Shown in pieces: positions 12,432-25,039 of a stretch of DNA of 64,000 bases. The notes under the pieces are model-generated. The model did no database searches. It was not told the DNA's origin and saw nothing but the letters and a program-made list of their open reading frames with translations. Each line of letters starts with the position of its first letter. The stretch's first letter is position 1. Source of the stretch: Chiloscyllium plagiosum. Lineage: Eukaryota. Both the position numbers and the translations under genes were made by a program. The stretch is taken from the NCBI RefSeq assembly GCF_004010195.1, contig NC_057760.1, positions 3,151,954 to 3,215,953 on the forward strand, read 5' to 3'.

Positions 12432-12746
12432 ATGGCGCTCCCTCAGTGCTGATCCCCCAACAGTACGGAGCTCCCTCAGCACTGACCCTCCGACAGTGCG
12501 GCGCTCCCTCAGCACTGACCCTCCGACAGTGCGGCACTCCCTCAGCACTGACCCTCCGACAGTGCGGAGCTCCCTCAGCACTGACCCTCCGACAGTGCGG
12601 CATTCACTCAGCACTGACCCTCCGACAGTGCCTGTTCCTCAGCACTGACCCTCCAACAGTGCGGCACTCCCTCAGCGCTGACCCTCCGACAGTGCGGCAC
12701 TCCCTCAGCGCTGACCCTCCGACAGTGCGGAGCTCCCTCAGTACTG
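12432..12746. repeat. 33-bp minisatellite, reverse orientation of the 7875-9187 array, running into a gap
   Basis: Unit TCAGCACTGACCCTCCGACAGTGCGGCACTCCC. Confidence 0.95.
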
Positions 12747-13583
12747 NNNNNNNNNNNNNNNNNNNNNNNNNNNNNNNNNNNNNNNNNNNNNNNNNNNNNN
12801 NNNNNNNNNNNNNNNNNNNNNNNNNNNNNNNNNNNNNNNNNNNNNNNNNNNNNNNNNNNNNNNNNNNNNNNNNNNNNNNNNNNNNNNNNNNNNNNNNNNN
12901 NNNNNNNNNNNNNNNNNNNNNNNNNNNNNNNNNNNNNNNNNNNNNNNNNNNNNNNNNNNNNNNNNNNNNNNNNNNNNNNNNNNNNNNNNNNNNNNNNNNN
13001 NNNNNNNNNNNNNNNNNNNNNNNNNNNNNNNNNNNNNNNNNNNNNNNNNNNNNNNNNNNNNNNNNNNNNNNNNNNNNNNNNNNNNNNNNNNNNNNNNNNN
13101 NNNNNNNNNNNNNNNNNNNNNNNNNNNNNNNNNNNNNNNNNNNNNNNNNNNNNNNNNNNNNNNNNNNNNNNNNNNNNNNNNNNNNNNNNNNNNNNNNNNN
13201 NNNNNNNNNNNNNNNNNNNNNNNNNNNNNNNNNNNNNNNNNNNNNNNNNNNNNNNNNNNNNNNNNNNNNNNNNNNNNNNNNNNNNNNNNNNNNNNNNNNN
13301 NNNNNNNNNNNNNNNNNNNNNNNNNNNNNNNNNNNNNNNNNNNNNNNNNNNNNNNNNNNNNNNNNNNNNNNNNNNNNNNNNNNNNNNNNNNNNNNNNNNN
13401 NNNNNNNNNNNNNNNNNNNNNNNNNNNNNNNNNNNNNNNNNNNNNNNNNNNNNNNNNNNNNNNNNNNNNNNNNNNNNNNNNNNNNNNNNNNNNNNNNNNN
13501 NNNNNNNNNNNNNNNNNNNNNNNNNNNNNNNNNNNNNNNNNNNNNNNNNNNNNNNNNNNNNNNNNNNNNNNNNNNNNNNNNNN

Positions 13584-13747
13584 CATCTTTGGACTGTGGG
13601 AGGAAACCGGAGCATCCGGAGGAAACCCACGCAGACACGGGGAGAATGTGCAAACTCCACACAGTCAGTTGCCTGAGGCGGGAATTGAACCCGGGTCTCA
13701 GGCGCTGTGAGGCAGCAGTGCTAACCACTGTGCCACCGTGCCGCCCA
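13584..13747 (-). mobile_element. HE1-type V-SINE (5' half; remainder in gap)
   Basis: Reverse complement begins GGGCGGCACGGTGGCACAGTGGTTAGCACTGCTGCCTCACAGC. Confidence 0.85.
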
Positions 13748-14946
13748 CTGGCAGCATCTGTGGAGACAAATCAGAGTTCCCATTTTGTGTCCAGTTACCC
13801 TTGTTCAGACCTTTCTCCCTCTGAGGTACATCACCAGGACTGGTCCAAATCCATGTCATGGTAATGTTTTATGTAACATATTGCAGAACTGTGCAAGCAC
13901 ATTGGGAAATATTATGAGTAGCAATATTCACAAAGTGGGAGATTTGAACCAAGAGTTTAAATGAGAATTGTTAATGTAAATTTAAATTGAACGCAGCTAA
14001 TTTAAATCTTTGGCAATGTTGAATGTATCACGCACATTCCTTTCTCAGTGGCTCTGACAATGAGGAGTTAATAATGAGCTCCAACTGTACAGTCCCGTAT
14101 GCACTGTCTGGGATTAATTGGGATACAGACAGGTGTTAATTGGAGAGTCTGTTGAAGTGACCCTCCTGGTTATCCTGGTTATTCAGAAACTGAGAGTGAA
14201 ATAATAACAGATGCGGAGGAGGTGGTAAGTGGGAGTGTGACACCAGCAGAGACAGACGTGGGATACTAGGCTGATTGAGCATTTAAGTGTTGAAAAATCA
14301 ACAATGTTCATTCCTCCTAGTTAATTTATTGCTTGGAAATACATTTTATTTCAATCACTTTTCAACTTTATTGCAGTTCCACTCGCAATCTGTCTTCACA
14401 GTTCCTCTCTGTCTTCAGTCCCACTCACTCCCAACAGTAACCCTCTGTCTTGCTTCTCAGTATCTCCTTCTCTTCACAGTACGTCACTCTTTCTGACTGA
14501 GAAGTTACTGAATCTCTGTCTTCACATTTCCTCCCTCTCTTACCATCCTCGCTTGCTGCTGTGTCTGTCCTTATGTTCCTCCTTCCCCCCTCTTTCTGTC
14601 CTTGCAGTTCCCCTCTCTCTCTCACACACACTGTCCATCCTCAGACTCTGTCCAGGTGACAGTGCCTTTACCTCCTGCTAGCTGTTAACCAAGTCTGGTT
14701 AATCCACCTTCACATTCAGCCTCTCCTCAAGTTCTCCATGCAGTTCAACAGAATTCAATGAGCTTTCATAGAAACATGTGGATCTACTGTGATGATCTCC
14801 TTGAAGCGGCGTGTTACCTCATTGGGCGGTCTATACTGCTTTTTTAAATTCATTTGGGCATCACTGGCTGGGCCAACATTTTAGTGCCCGTCCTTGAGAA
14901 GGTTGTGGGGAACTGCATTCATGTGGTTTAGATTAACTGTAAAGAA

Positions 14947-15225
14947 CAGTGGCTCAGTGGTTAGCACTGCTGTCTCACAGCGCCAGAGAACCGGGTTCAA
15001 TTCCCGCCTCAGGCAGCTGTCTGTGTGGAGTTTGCACGTTCTGCATGGGATTGCTCCCGTTTCCTCCCACAGTCCAAAGATGTGCAGGTCAGGTGAATTG
15101 GCCATGCTAAATTGCCCGTAGTGTTAGGGGAAGGGGTAAATGTAGGGGAATGGGTTGCTCTTCAGAGGGTCGGTGTGGACTTGTTGGGCCGAAGGGCCTG
15201 TTTCCACACTGTAAGTAATCTAATC
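14947..15225 (+). mobile_element. HE1-type V-SINE
   Basis: A/B-box head, V domain with internal deletion, TAATCTAATCT tail. Confidence 0.85.
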
Positions 15226-15349
15226 TTTAAAAAAACGCATGCCTTATCCCTTCAGGGAGAGAATTCCAGGATTTTGATCCAGCAGCTGTGAACTGCCCAT
15301 GTATGGAGGTATATTTTAGTCAACTGCTGTTTCTGGGCAATAGCTATAC

Positions 15350-15477
15350 TTTGGAAAAGCGCAGCAGATCAGGCAGGGCCCAAGGAGCAGGAGAATGAAC
15401 CTTTTGGGCAGAGGCCCTTCATCAGCACCACACTCTCAACAATCACCTCCAACATCTGCAGTCCTCACTTTCTCCTC
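15350..15477. mobile_element. Penelope-like end fragment, decayed
   Basis: TGGAAAAGCGCAGCAGATCAGGCAG...GCCCTTCATCAG, then an opposite-orientation CATCTGCAGTCCTCACTTTCTCC piece. Confidence 0.55.
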
Positions 15478-15719
15478 AAAAGCTATACATTGGCTCAGTG
15501 ACCGTGAATTGAGTCCGGCAGAGTGGAGTTATAAATATTCCGGATCCTGATCGTCAACAAAATCTCGTATTTAAGATTCGGCTGAAAGTGAGACGAACCC
15601 GTTAGTGGAATAGCCCAACGCAATATGGACACCCAATGTCTAAGATGTTATAAGCAGAGTAAGTGTTTAGAGATTGGACCTTTAGTCAATTCTCCAGGAA
15701 ACACCCTAAACCGATGACA

Positions 15720-17265
15720 GTTGTTGCTGTCAGGTGCTGTGTAAATGGGAGTTGTTACTGCCAGGCGCTGTGTAAATGGGAGCTGTTACTGTCANNNNNN
15801 NNNNNNNNNNNNNNNNNNNNNNNNNNNNNNNNNNNNNNNNNNNNNNNNNNNNNNNNNNNNNNNNNNNNNNNNNNNNNNNNNNNNNNNNNNNNNNNNNNNN
15901 NNNNNNNNNNNNNNNNNNNNNNNNNNNNNNNNNNNNNNNNNNNNNNNNNNNNNNNNNNNNNNNNNNNNNNNNNNNNNNNNNNNNNNNNNNNNNNNNNNNN
16001 NNNNNNNNNNNNNNNNNNNNNNNNNNNNNNNNNNNNNNNNNNNNNNNNNNNNNNNNNNNNNNNNNNNNNNNNNNNNNNNNNNNNNNNNNNNNNNNNNNNN
16101 NNNNNNNNNNNNNNNNNNNNNNNNNNNNNNNNNNNNNNNNNNNNNNNNNNNNNNNNNNNNNNNNNNNNNNNNNNNNNNNNNNNNNNNNNNNNNNNNNNNN
16201 NNNNNNNNNNNNNNNNNNNNNNNNNNNNNNNNNNNNNNNNNNNNNNNNNNNNNNNNNNNNNNNNNNNNNNNNNNNNNNNNNNNNNNNNNNNNNNTGTAAA
16301 TGGGAGTTGTTACTGTCAGGTGCTGTGTAAATGGGAGTTGTTGCTGTCAGGTGCTGTGTAAATGGGAGTTGTAACTGTCAGGCGCTATGTAAATGGGAGT
16401 TGTTACTGTCAGGCGCTGTGTAAATGGGAGCTGTTGCTGTCAGGCGCTGTGTGAATGGGAGCTGTTGCTGTCAGGTGTTATGTAAATGGGAGTTGTTGCT
16501 GTCAGGCGCTGTGTAAATGGGAGTTGTTGTTGTCAGGCGCTGTGTAAATGGGAGCTGAGGCTGTCAGGTTCTGCGTAAATGGGAGTTGCTACTGTCGGGC
16601 GCTGTGTAAATGGGAGTTGTTGTCAGGCGTTCTGTGAATGGGAGCTGTTGTTGTCAGGCGCTGTGTGAATGGGAGCTGTTGTTGTCAGGTGCTGTGTGAA
16701 TGGGAGCTGTTGTTGTCAGGCGCTGTGTAAATGGGAGTTGTTGCTGTCAGGCGCTGTGTGAATGGGAGCTTTTGTTGTCAGGCGCTGTGTAAATGGGAGC
16801 TGTTGTTGTCAAGCGCTGTGTGAATGGGAGCTTTTGTTGTCAGGCGCTGTGTAAATGGGAGCTGTTGTTGTCAGGTGCTGTGTGAATGGGAGCTGTTGTT
16901 GTCAGGCGCTGTGTAAATGGGAGCTGTTGTTGTCTGGCGCTGTGTGAATGGGAGCTGTTACTGTCAGGCGCTGTGTGAATGGGAGCTGTTGTTGTCAGGC
17001 GCTGTGCAAATGGGAGCTGTTGTTGTCAGGCCCTATGTGAATGGGAGCTGTTACTGTCAGGCGCTGTGTAAATGGGAGTTGTTACTGTCAGGCGCTGTGT
17101 GAATGGGAGCTGTTGTTGTCAGGCGCTTTGTAAATGTGAGCTGTTACTGTCAGGCGCTGTGTAAATGGGAGTTGTTGTCAGGTGCTGTGTAAATGGGAGT
17201 TGTTGTCAGGCGCTGTGTGAATGGGAGCTGTTGTTGTCAGGCGCTATGTAAATGGGAGTTGTTGT
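15720..17265. repeat. 31-bp minisatellite spanning an N gap
   Basis: Unit TGTAAATGGGAGCTGTTGTTGTCAGGCGCTG. Confidence 0.95.
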
Positions 17266-17926
17266 GATGCTCTGAGCAGAGTCAGTGGTGTACAGCACAG
17301 TGAAAGGAGTTTTAACCAGCTAACCTGACCATTCGAGGCTGCGCTTCCTGATTGTTTTCCCTGCCACTTGATCTTTCCCCTGAACACTGTTAGCCTCCTG
17401 CTATCCTTGATGTCACAGGCTGCGCATGGCCTGCTCTCATATCCCCGGTAACACCAGCAGATTGCGGCTCCTGGGAATAGTTGGGAATGTTCCATTAGAA
17501 GATTTTCTGAATCAGGAAGGGGTGGATTCCATTTCACCTGCCTGTCACACAGTTTAGCTCCAAGCCAGTCAGTTAGTTCAGAATGGAATTATTGTCGATA
17601 CTAAGATAGAAACGCAGGAGAAGCACAGGAATTGCTTGCTGCTCAATTTTACAAGAAAATGCTGATTGCCTGGGATTGAGCTGTTAATGTTACCTTGTCA
17701 CCACTGGTAACTGTCAGGGGGCAGTATTTAAACACATAATAAATGTACAGGGTATGTCCCACTTGATCCCCAATGTCAGTTTGGCTCTAACCCTTTGCCT
17801 CCCCTTGTGAATGACTGCCTTAGACTTCGATCAAACCCCCTGCTACACAGCACTCCAACTCCCAAAGTCCAGTGGTATCATGAGCTAATCGACCATGATC
17901 AAGTGCAATGATCCAGGCCTCTTGAG

Positions 17927-18262
17927 TGCAGCACAGTGACTCAGTAGTCAGCACTGCTATCTCACAGCACCAGGGATCTGGGTTCAATTCCAGTTTCAAG
18001 CGACTGTCTGTGTGGAGTTGGCACGTTCTCCCCGTGTCTGCGTGGGTTTCCTCCGGGCGCTCAGTTGCCCTCTCTCAGTCCAATGATGTGCAGGTTGGGT
18101 TGGATTGGCCATGCTAAGCTGTCTCTCGGGATGTGGAAGCTAGGTGGGTTAGCCATGGGGGATGCAGGGTTACAGGGATATGGTAGGAGGGTGGGTCTAA
18201 GTGAGATGCTCTTCGGAGGGCTGGTGTGGACTTGCTGGGCAGAATGGCCTACTTCCACACTG
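17927..18262 (+). mobile_element. Older V-SINE (HE1-related)
   Basis: Diverged head, V domain and 3' part. Confidence 0.75.
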
Positions 18263-18639
18263 TTGATTTTCTAACTAAACTAATGAGACAAGGAACCAAC
18301 TTTTGTGGATTGAGTTTATGAACTGTGTATAAAGTTGCAAACTGCATTGAATACAGCCCCAGTCTAGACAGTGTGGAAGTTATATCCAATTACTTCCACT
18401 TCTATTCCATATTGGGTCAGTTGAACTTATGGACAGAGGTAGGGATTAACCCGTTATTTATGCTGTTAATCATAAATTACCTCCTGCTGCCTGTCTTGTC
18501 TTCTTTGTAAAATGAGAATGGGGTCAAACTGATTGTGAGTACTCACATGGTTCAATATCCTGCTGGATACGCACTGTGTGTCTTCACACAGGAGATGCAA
18601 CCATCCAGTCAGGGTACTGGACAGAAGGAGTCAGCAATA

Positions 18640-19860
18640 GTGCTTTCCAGGAGCATTTTGTAAACAGCAACCTGCTCTCAAATACCCAGTTTGGGTTCCA
18701 TCAGGCCACTCATTACAGCCTTGGTTCAAACATGGACAAAGAGCTGAGTTCCAGAGGTGAGGTGAGAGTGACAGCTCTTGACATCAAGGCTGCATTCGAC
18801 CGAGCCTCAGGCAAAACTGGAATCAAGGGTTATCAGAGAGCAAACACTTTGGTGGTTGGAGTCATACCTGGCACCTTGGAAGATGGTTGTAGTTGTTGGA
18901 GACCAGACATCTCAGCTCCAGGACATCACTACAGGGTTTCCTCAGGGGAGTGTCCTAGGCCCAACCATCTTCAGCTGTTTCATCAATGAACTTCGTCCAC
19001 TATAAGGTCATTGGAGAATGTTCGCCGATGATGATGGCACAATGCTTAGCACCATTTGCAACACCTTCAACACTGAAGAAGTCCATGTTCAAATGAAACA
19101 AGAGCTAGATAATATTTTCATTTGGATTTACAAATAGCAAGTAACATTTCCACTACACAAGTGCCAGGCAATGACTATCTCCAATAAGAGAGAATCTAGC
19201 CATTTTCCTTTCACATTCAATAGCCAAACCATTACTGAATCCCTCACTATGGACATCCTTCGGGGTGGGGGGGGAGGGATTATCCTTGTCCAGAAACTGA
19301 ACTGGTATCACGATATAAATCCTGTGGCTACAAGAGCAGGTCAGAGTCTGGAAATACTGTGGTGGGTAATTCACCGCCTGACTCCCCAAATCCTGTCCAC
19401 CATCTACAAGGCACAAGTCAGGAGTGTGATGGAATACACCAAAAGTGCCTGGATGGGTGCAGCTCCAACAACATTAAGAAGCTCGATACCGTCCAGGGCA
19501 AAACAACCTGCTTAGCTGGCACTGCATCTACAAACGTCCCCTCCCTCCACCACCTATGCTCAGTAGCAGCAGTGTGAACCATGTACAAGGTGCACTGTGG
19601 AAATTCAACAAAGCTTCTTCCAAACCCACGATCTCTTCCAACTGGCAAGGTCACAGGGACACCACACCCTGCCTGTTCCCCTCCAAGTCACTTGCCATTC
19701 TGACTTGGAAATATATTACCATTCCTTCACTGTCAAAATCCCGAAATTCCCTCCCACATGACGTGGACTGCAGTGGTTCAAAAAGGCAGCACACCACCAC
19801 CTTCTCAAGGGCAGCTGGGACTGGGTCTAACCAGCAATGCCCATACTCCATGATTGAATT
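18640..19860 (+). mobile_element. Decayed CR1/L2-group LINE 3' part
   Basis: VRVTALDIKAAFDR; GFPQGSVLGPTIFSCFIN; FADD at ~19020; STIYKAQVRSVMEY. Confidence 0.85.
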
Positions 19861-20639
19861 AGATATACCCAAATAGAATTGTAAAATTAATTCATTGATG
19901 CCAGGAACAGTTCCCAATCCCAGAAATATTTCCTGATCTCAGAGACAGCTCCTGATGCCACCAATGTTACCTGTTCCCAAACTTGGGAATACCTGCTGAC
20001 CATGTTAATCCCAGAAACCACCTTATGCTAGGGGTATACCCCAATCCCAGTTAAAGCTCTAAGTCCCCGGGTTTTCCTGATCCCCACAGAAACCCTCTAA
20101 TCTCAGGATTACTGTCTGATTCCAGAAAAATCTCCCAATTGCAACAAGAGCTCTCGATGCCAGAAATTCCCCAGAGCCGTTGCTTGATTCCAAGGACAGG
20201 TCCCAATGCCAGGGACAGCTTCTAATCCCAGCTCACCACATGAACTTCAGGTTGCTTTTCTGCCTGAGACTGTGAGGTGATTAAAACCTGAAGGGAGCTG
20301 ATTCTGGAATTCAAGGAAAGAATGGGAACATGAAAGGATACATTAACAAATTGGGAATGAGGGAAAAACGAGCTGGGAATTGGTGGAGGAGAGGAAAACG
20401 AGCAGGAGCAGACTTTTGGCCTTCAAACGCAGTTGAAATCCTCATCTTAGCAACATTAAAATATTTTAATTGTAATGTTTCTGACAGCTCACCAAGCAAG
20501 CTGTCCTTCCTGACAGAATCTACAACAGCTGGATAATCTTGACTCTTACCACCTCCACCCACCCCCCCTGCCCAACTCTCCATGTGGACTCTTCCTGTGG
20601 GATGGTGTATGTGAGAGAGAGAGAGAGAGAGAGAGAGGA

Positions 20640-20741
20640 AGAAACAGTGACTGTGGTACCCAGATCTCTGAGCCTGCATCCAGCAAGCAGTACCCTACAT
20701 CCAGCAGAGACTGTGGTATCGACCCCTCTCTCAACAGTCAG
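20640..20741 (+). other. Candidate non-coding first exon of SV2A
   Basis: Unique sequence after a (GA)n tract ending in a donor-like CAG|gtaaaa within a repeat-poor island; no direct proof. Confidence 0.25.
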
Positions 20742-22439
20742 GTAAAAAAATAAACTCACTACAAATCATCTACCTTTGCATTTTCAAAAAGAAAAAAAAT
20801 TGCAAAATAATCATTTTTGTTTTGGAATGTCAGAGGGAGTAATTTCCAAAATCTCTTCTGCCTGTTTGTCAGTGTGGCCATTTTGTCCTGAGAATCCTTG
20901 AATGTTGTTTTTTTTTTCCCCCCTATGGTCTTTACATTTTGTGGAAAGATTCATTTTAACAGCTCTGTGATTTTATTGTTCATGTTAATTGTTACAGTGT
21001 AATGGCAGCCATGTGGTTTACAGGGGACTGAAATGTGAAGCTGTGAATTGAGAGAGATAGAACTGATGGAATGGGCTGTTAGTTTGACCTTGTCAGTGCT
21101 GATTATTGTCACCCTGTATATCCGGAACTCTCCCCTTACACTGCTGAAGAATTTGTACACCCAGATTTGAAAAAAAAAAGATCTCACTAGTTATGTTTAA
21201 CATATAATCAGATTGGGCAATGCAGAAGGTTATTGGACAGACGGTGCTTCAAGGCCTGCTCTTGTTAATATCTGGCTTTGGAAATGATTGAGAAAAATCC
21301 TTTGCTTCCTCAGTGTGTGAATCTTCAGGATGGTGTGAGATGTAGACTGTGTGACCACAATGCAGGCTGAAGTCAAAAGGGTGCCAGGTTCTATTTAGAG
21401 TGACACATGGCATGTTTCAGATTGTGCTGCTGTTTTTGTATGTCGATATGATGGTTTGTCTCACTGATTAAACTGCTCTTTGTGGGGATAAACACGCAGT
21501 TGGGTAGACAAGCCAGAGATACCCTGGTACAGCTGGCATGGTGCCTTCTTGTTGCCAGCTGTATCCAGGCTTCCGTCTCTGTCATGCAATTCAAGAGAAT
21601 TGCCCCCAGGCACTCAATGAACATGGGGCTGCTGAGCATAATGCGACATTACAATGTGACTGAGTACCGGGAAATGAGGAGCACTGCAGGGGCTTACAGC
21701 TCGAAAGACTAGAGAGAGGGAGCGGGGGGAAGTGGAGAGACAGGATTTAAAGGGAACCGAGTAGAGAAAAATAATGGTGGGGAAAGCAGGAGAGAAAAAA
21801 ATGCTTGAGGAAGAGACGGAGGGAGAAAGACAGAAAAATGGAGACAGGCAGAGAAAAGGGCAAGACCACGAGATGGAGGAAGAGAGAAAAAATAAGATCA
21901 AGGAATAAGGTTGGAGGTGAAGAAGTGCAACAGGAGTTAAGGAAAGAGACAGTTTGCAAAGAGAGGGAGAGATGGAATTAAAATTGAGACACGGCAGGCA
22001 TATCAGTACAGAAGGATAAGAAAGAGAAATATCCTTCAGATCAAGGTGAAATCCTCACAACCACCATCTTCTCCCTTTCTTTTGATCTCTGATAACAATT
22101 TGGAATTTTTGGCAGTTACCATAGAGCTGGAACTCAGAAACCTGACCCACAGAAGCCATTCCTGACATTGTCAAACCTCCAATAATACACTGAGAACAAG
22201 ATCATTGGACACACAAATGACAGGGGCCCACTATCATAGAGTCAGAGAGATGTACAGCCCGGAAACAGACCCTTTCGCTCCAACCCGTCCATGCCGACCA
22301 GATATCCCAACCCAATCTAGTCCCACCTGCCATTTAAAGAGATTCCCCTCTCAACAGTCATCATTTTATTCTCTCCTTCCTCTACTGCTGTCTACATGGA
22401 CTGAAGACACTGTGTACATCCGGAGGCTTACAAAGGGAA

Positions 22440-24570
22440 GTCCGAATGGGAGCTTAGGAATCTATATAAATAATAAGTATCTGGGAGAGAGTTACAGACT
22501 CGGATCTAATCAAGGGGTTCAGGCTGGTTTAATATATATAACAGATACCCAGGAGTGATTTGCAGACCAGAAGTGGACACACAAATCGAGGTGTTCGGGG
22601 TATGGGTTTATATTTAGAATAACAGATACCTGGGAGTGATTTACAGACTGGGATCTAATTGAGAATTGTGAAGGTGGTGGGTTCATATATAGAGTAGCAA
22701 ATACCCAGGAGGGATTTACAAACTGGGATCTAATCAAAGGGTTCAGGGTAGTTTATGTATAGAATAATAGATACCTGGGAGTGAGTTACAGACTGGGATC
22801 TAATCAAGGGGTTCAGGGTGGTTTATACATTGAATAACGGATACACAGGAGTGAATTACAGCCTGGAATCATACCATAGGCTTTAGGTACAGAAAAGAAT
22901 ATATAGAAACTGATAGAAGGGTGTGGAACGATTTATTTCCAGTATATTTGATATCTGGGAGTGAGTTACACGCTAGAAACTAACTGATGGGATTCAGTAG
23001 ATCCACATATAGAATATAGATATCGAACAGGCTAGAATTTAACTCATGGTTCTGGGGATTCTGTATATGGGATATCTGGCAGAGAGTTATGGACTGCTGT
23101 CTAATTGTGCTGTTCATGTGGGATGATATACAGTAACAGATTCTGGGACAGAGTTGCAGACTGGAACCTAATCAAGGGTTCAGGTGGTCTATTATAGAAT
23201 ACAGACTCTGGAATCTAATCGAGAGGTTAGATACAGAATCTGGGACTGAATTACAGGTTTATATGTAATCAAGGGGTTCAGGTGTTTTATATACAGAATA
23301 ACACATACCCCGGAGTAAAGTGCGTTGGGTCCTCTTGTGGCAGAATAGTACTGTCCCTACCTTTGAACCAGGAGGCCTGGGTTCAAATCCCACCTGCTCC
23401 AGTGATGTGTAATAACATCTTTGAAAAGGTTGGTTAGAAAAATAGATTAATTTTTTAAAAAATCCTTGAGTAAGGTAAAGTCACCATTGTCCAACCAGAC
23501 CATAAGGCTGCTCTCTCTCACTAAAGAAAGAGAGAGAGAGAGAGAGAAGACTTCTGGTGGTGAGTTAACATGAGGATCACTACACTTCAGGCACACAGAG
23601 AGGCTGAGAAGGGGAATCCTTCATGGTCTCCTCAGCCAGAGGAGAAACTGAACCCAGGCTGTTGGTGTCACTGTATCGGAGATCAGCTGCTCAGCCAACT
23701 GACCCCCAACCCTGAGTAGGGTATAGACTGGAATCAAAATGAGGGGTCAGTGTAGTTTATATATAGAATAACTGACCCCCATCCCTGAGTAGGGTATAGA
23801 CTGGAATCAAAATGAGGGGTTAGTGTAGTTTATATATAGAATAACTGACCCCCATCCCTGAGTAGGGTATAGACATAGAATAACTGACCCCCATCCCTGA
23901 GTAGGGTATAGACTGGAATCAAAATGAGGGGTTAGTGTATTTTATATATAGAATAACTGACCCCCGTCCCTGAGTAGGGTATAGACTGGAATCAAAATGA
24001 GGGGTCAGTGTAGTTTATATATAGAATAACTGACCCCTATCCCTGAGTAGGGTATAGACTAGAATCAAAATGAGGGGTCAGTGTATTTTATATATAGAAT
24101 AACTGATATCCTTTACTAAGGTATAGAATGCAATTATATTCAAGGGGCTCAGATGGTTTATAAATGAAGTCATAGTTACTCAGGAGTGAGGTACAGATTG
24201 AAATCCAATCAAGGGGTTTGGTAGACTAATAGTTAATGCAGGATTCACTTACCAGCTGGAACCTAATTGAGGGGTTTGGGTAGTTTAATATAGAATACTG
24301 GATATCCAGCAGTGAGCTACAAACTGGAAAGTAATCACAGGGTCTAGAATATGATGTGTATTTGTAGAATATCAGATACCTGAGAGTGAGGCACAGACTG
24401 CAAACCTATCAGTGGTTTGGGAGTTGGAGGGGAAAGGATAACACATATCCAGGAATAAGCTACAGACAGGAAACTAATTGAGGGTTTTCAGGGGTGGGGC
24501 ATGGATATAGGATAACCGGTATCTCTGAGGTACAGACTGAAATCTAATTGAGGGGTATAAGTAGTTTGAG
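22440..24570. repeat. Degenerate ~70-75-bp satellite with SINE insertions and a young 73-bp sub-array
   Basis: Recurrent TATAGAATAACAGATACCYRGGAGTGAGTTACAGACTGGAATCTAATYRAGGGGTTC. Confidence 0.85.
23325..23705. mobile_element. Two tail-to-tail tRNA-derived SINE fragments
   Basis: + strand head with GGTTCAAATCC at ~23380; - strand copy 23460-23705 homologous to the 48563-48735 SINE. Confidence 0.55.
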
Positions 24571-25038
24571 ACATTGGGCAAATAGCATTTACGACATACA
24601 ACCACCAGGCAATGATCATCTCCAACAACAGAGAACCTAACTATCACACTTAACACTCAAAGGCATTACCATCACTGAATTATACACTGTCAACATCCTG
24701 AGGGTTACCACTGACCAGAAACTGAACTGGATTAGCCATGCAAATACTGTGGCGACAAGGGCAGGACAGAAGTTAGGAATCCTGCAGCAAGTAAGTCACC
24801 TCCTGACTTCCCCAAAGCCTGTCCAGTATCAACAAGGCACAAATCAGTAGTGTGACAGAATATTCCCCACTCCCCTGGATTGAGGCAGCTTCAACAACAC
24901 TCAAGAATCCAGGACAAAACAGCCCACTTGGCTGGCACCACATCCACAAGCATCCACTCCCTTCTTCACTGACACTCAGGAGCTGCACTTTGTACCATCT
25001 ACAAGATGCACTGCTCAAATTCACCAGGACTCCTTATA
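24570..25038 (+). mobile_element. LINE 3' fragment of the 18640-19860 family, split by the Gypsy element and resuming at ~27821-28070
   Basis: Colinear similarity to 19130-19830 (CCAGGCAATGA.CATCTCCAACAA, CAGAAACTGAACTGG, CCATCCTGACTTGGAA). Confidence 0.75.
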
Positions 25039-25039
25039 C

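Noticed and set aside
12446..13864. Long ORFs spanning N runs (also 6094-6885, 15663-16361, 38796-39661, 51175-51808)
   Set aside because: Length is due to assembly gaps translated as X.
19900..20240. Recurrent ATCCCAG/TTCCCA motifs
   Set aside because: Too degenerate to define a period or function.
17260..22200. Additional gene or REST/NRSE site upstream of SV2A
   Set aside because: No recognisable coding homology, and no convincing TTCAGCACC..GGACAG match found by eye.
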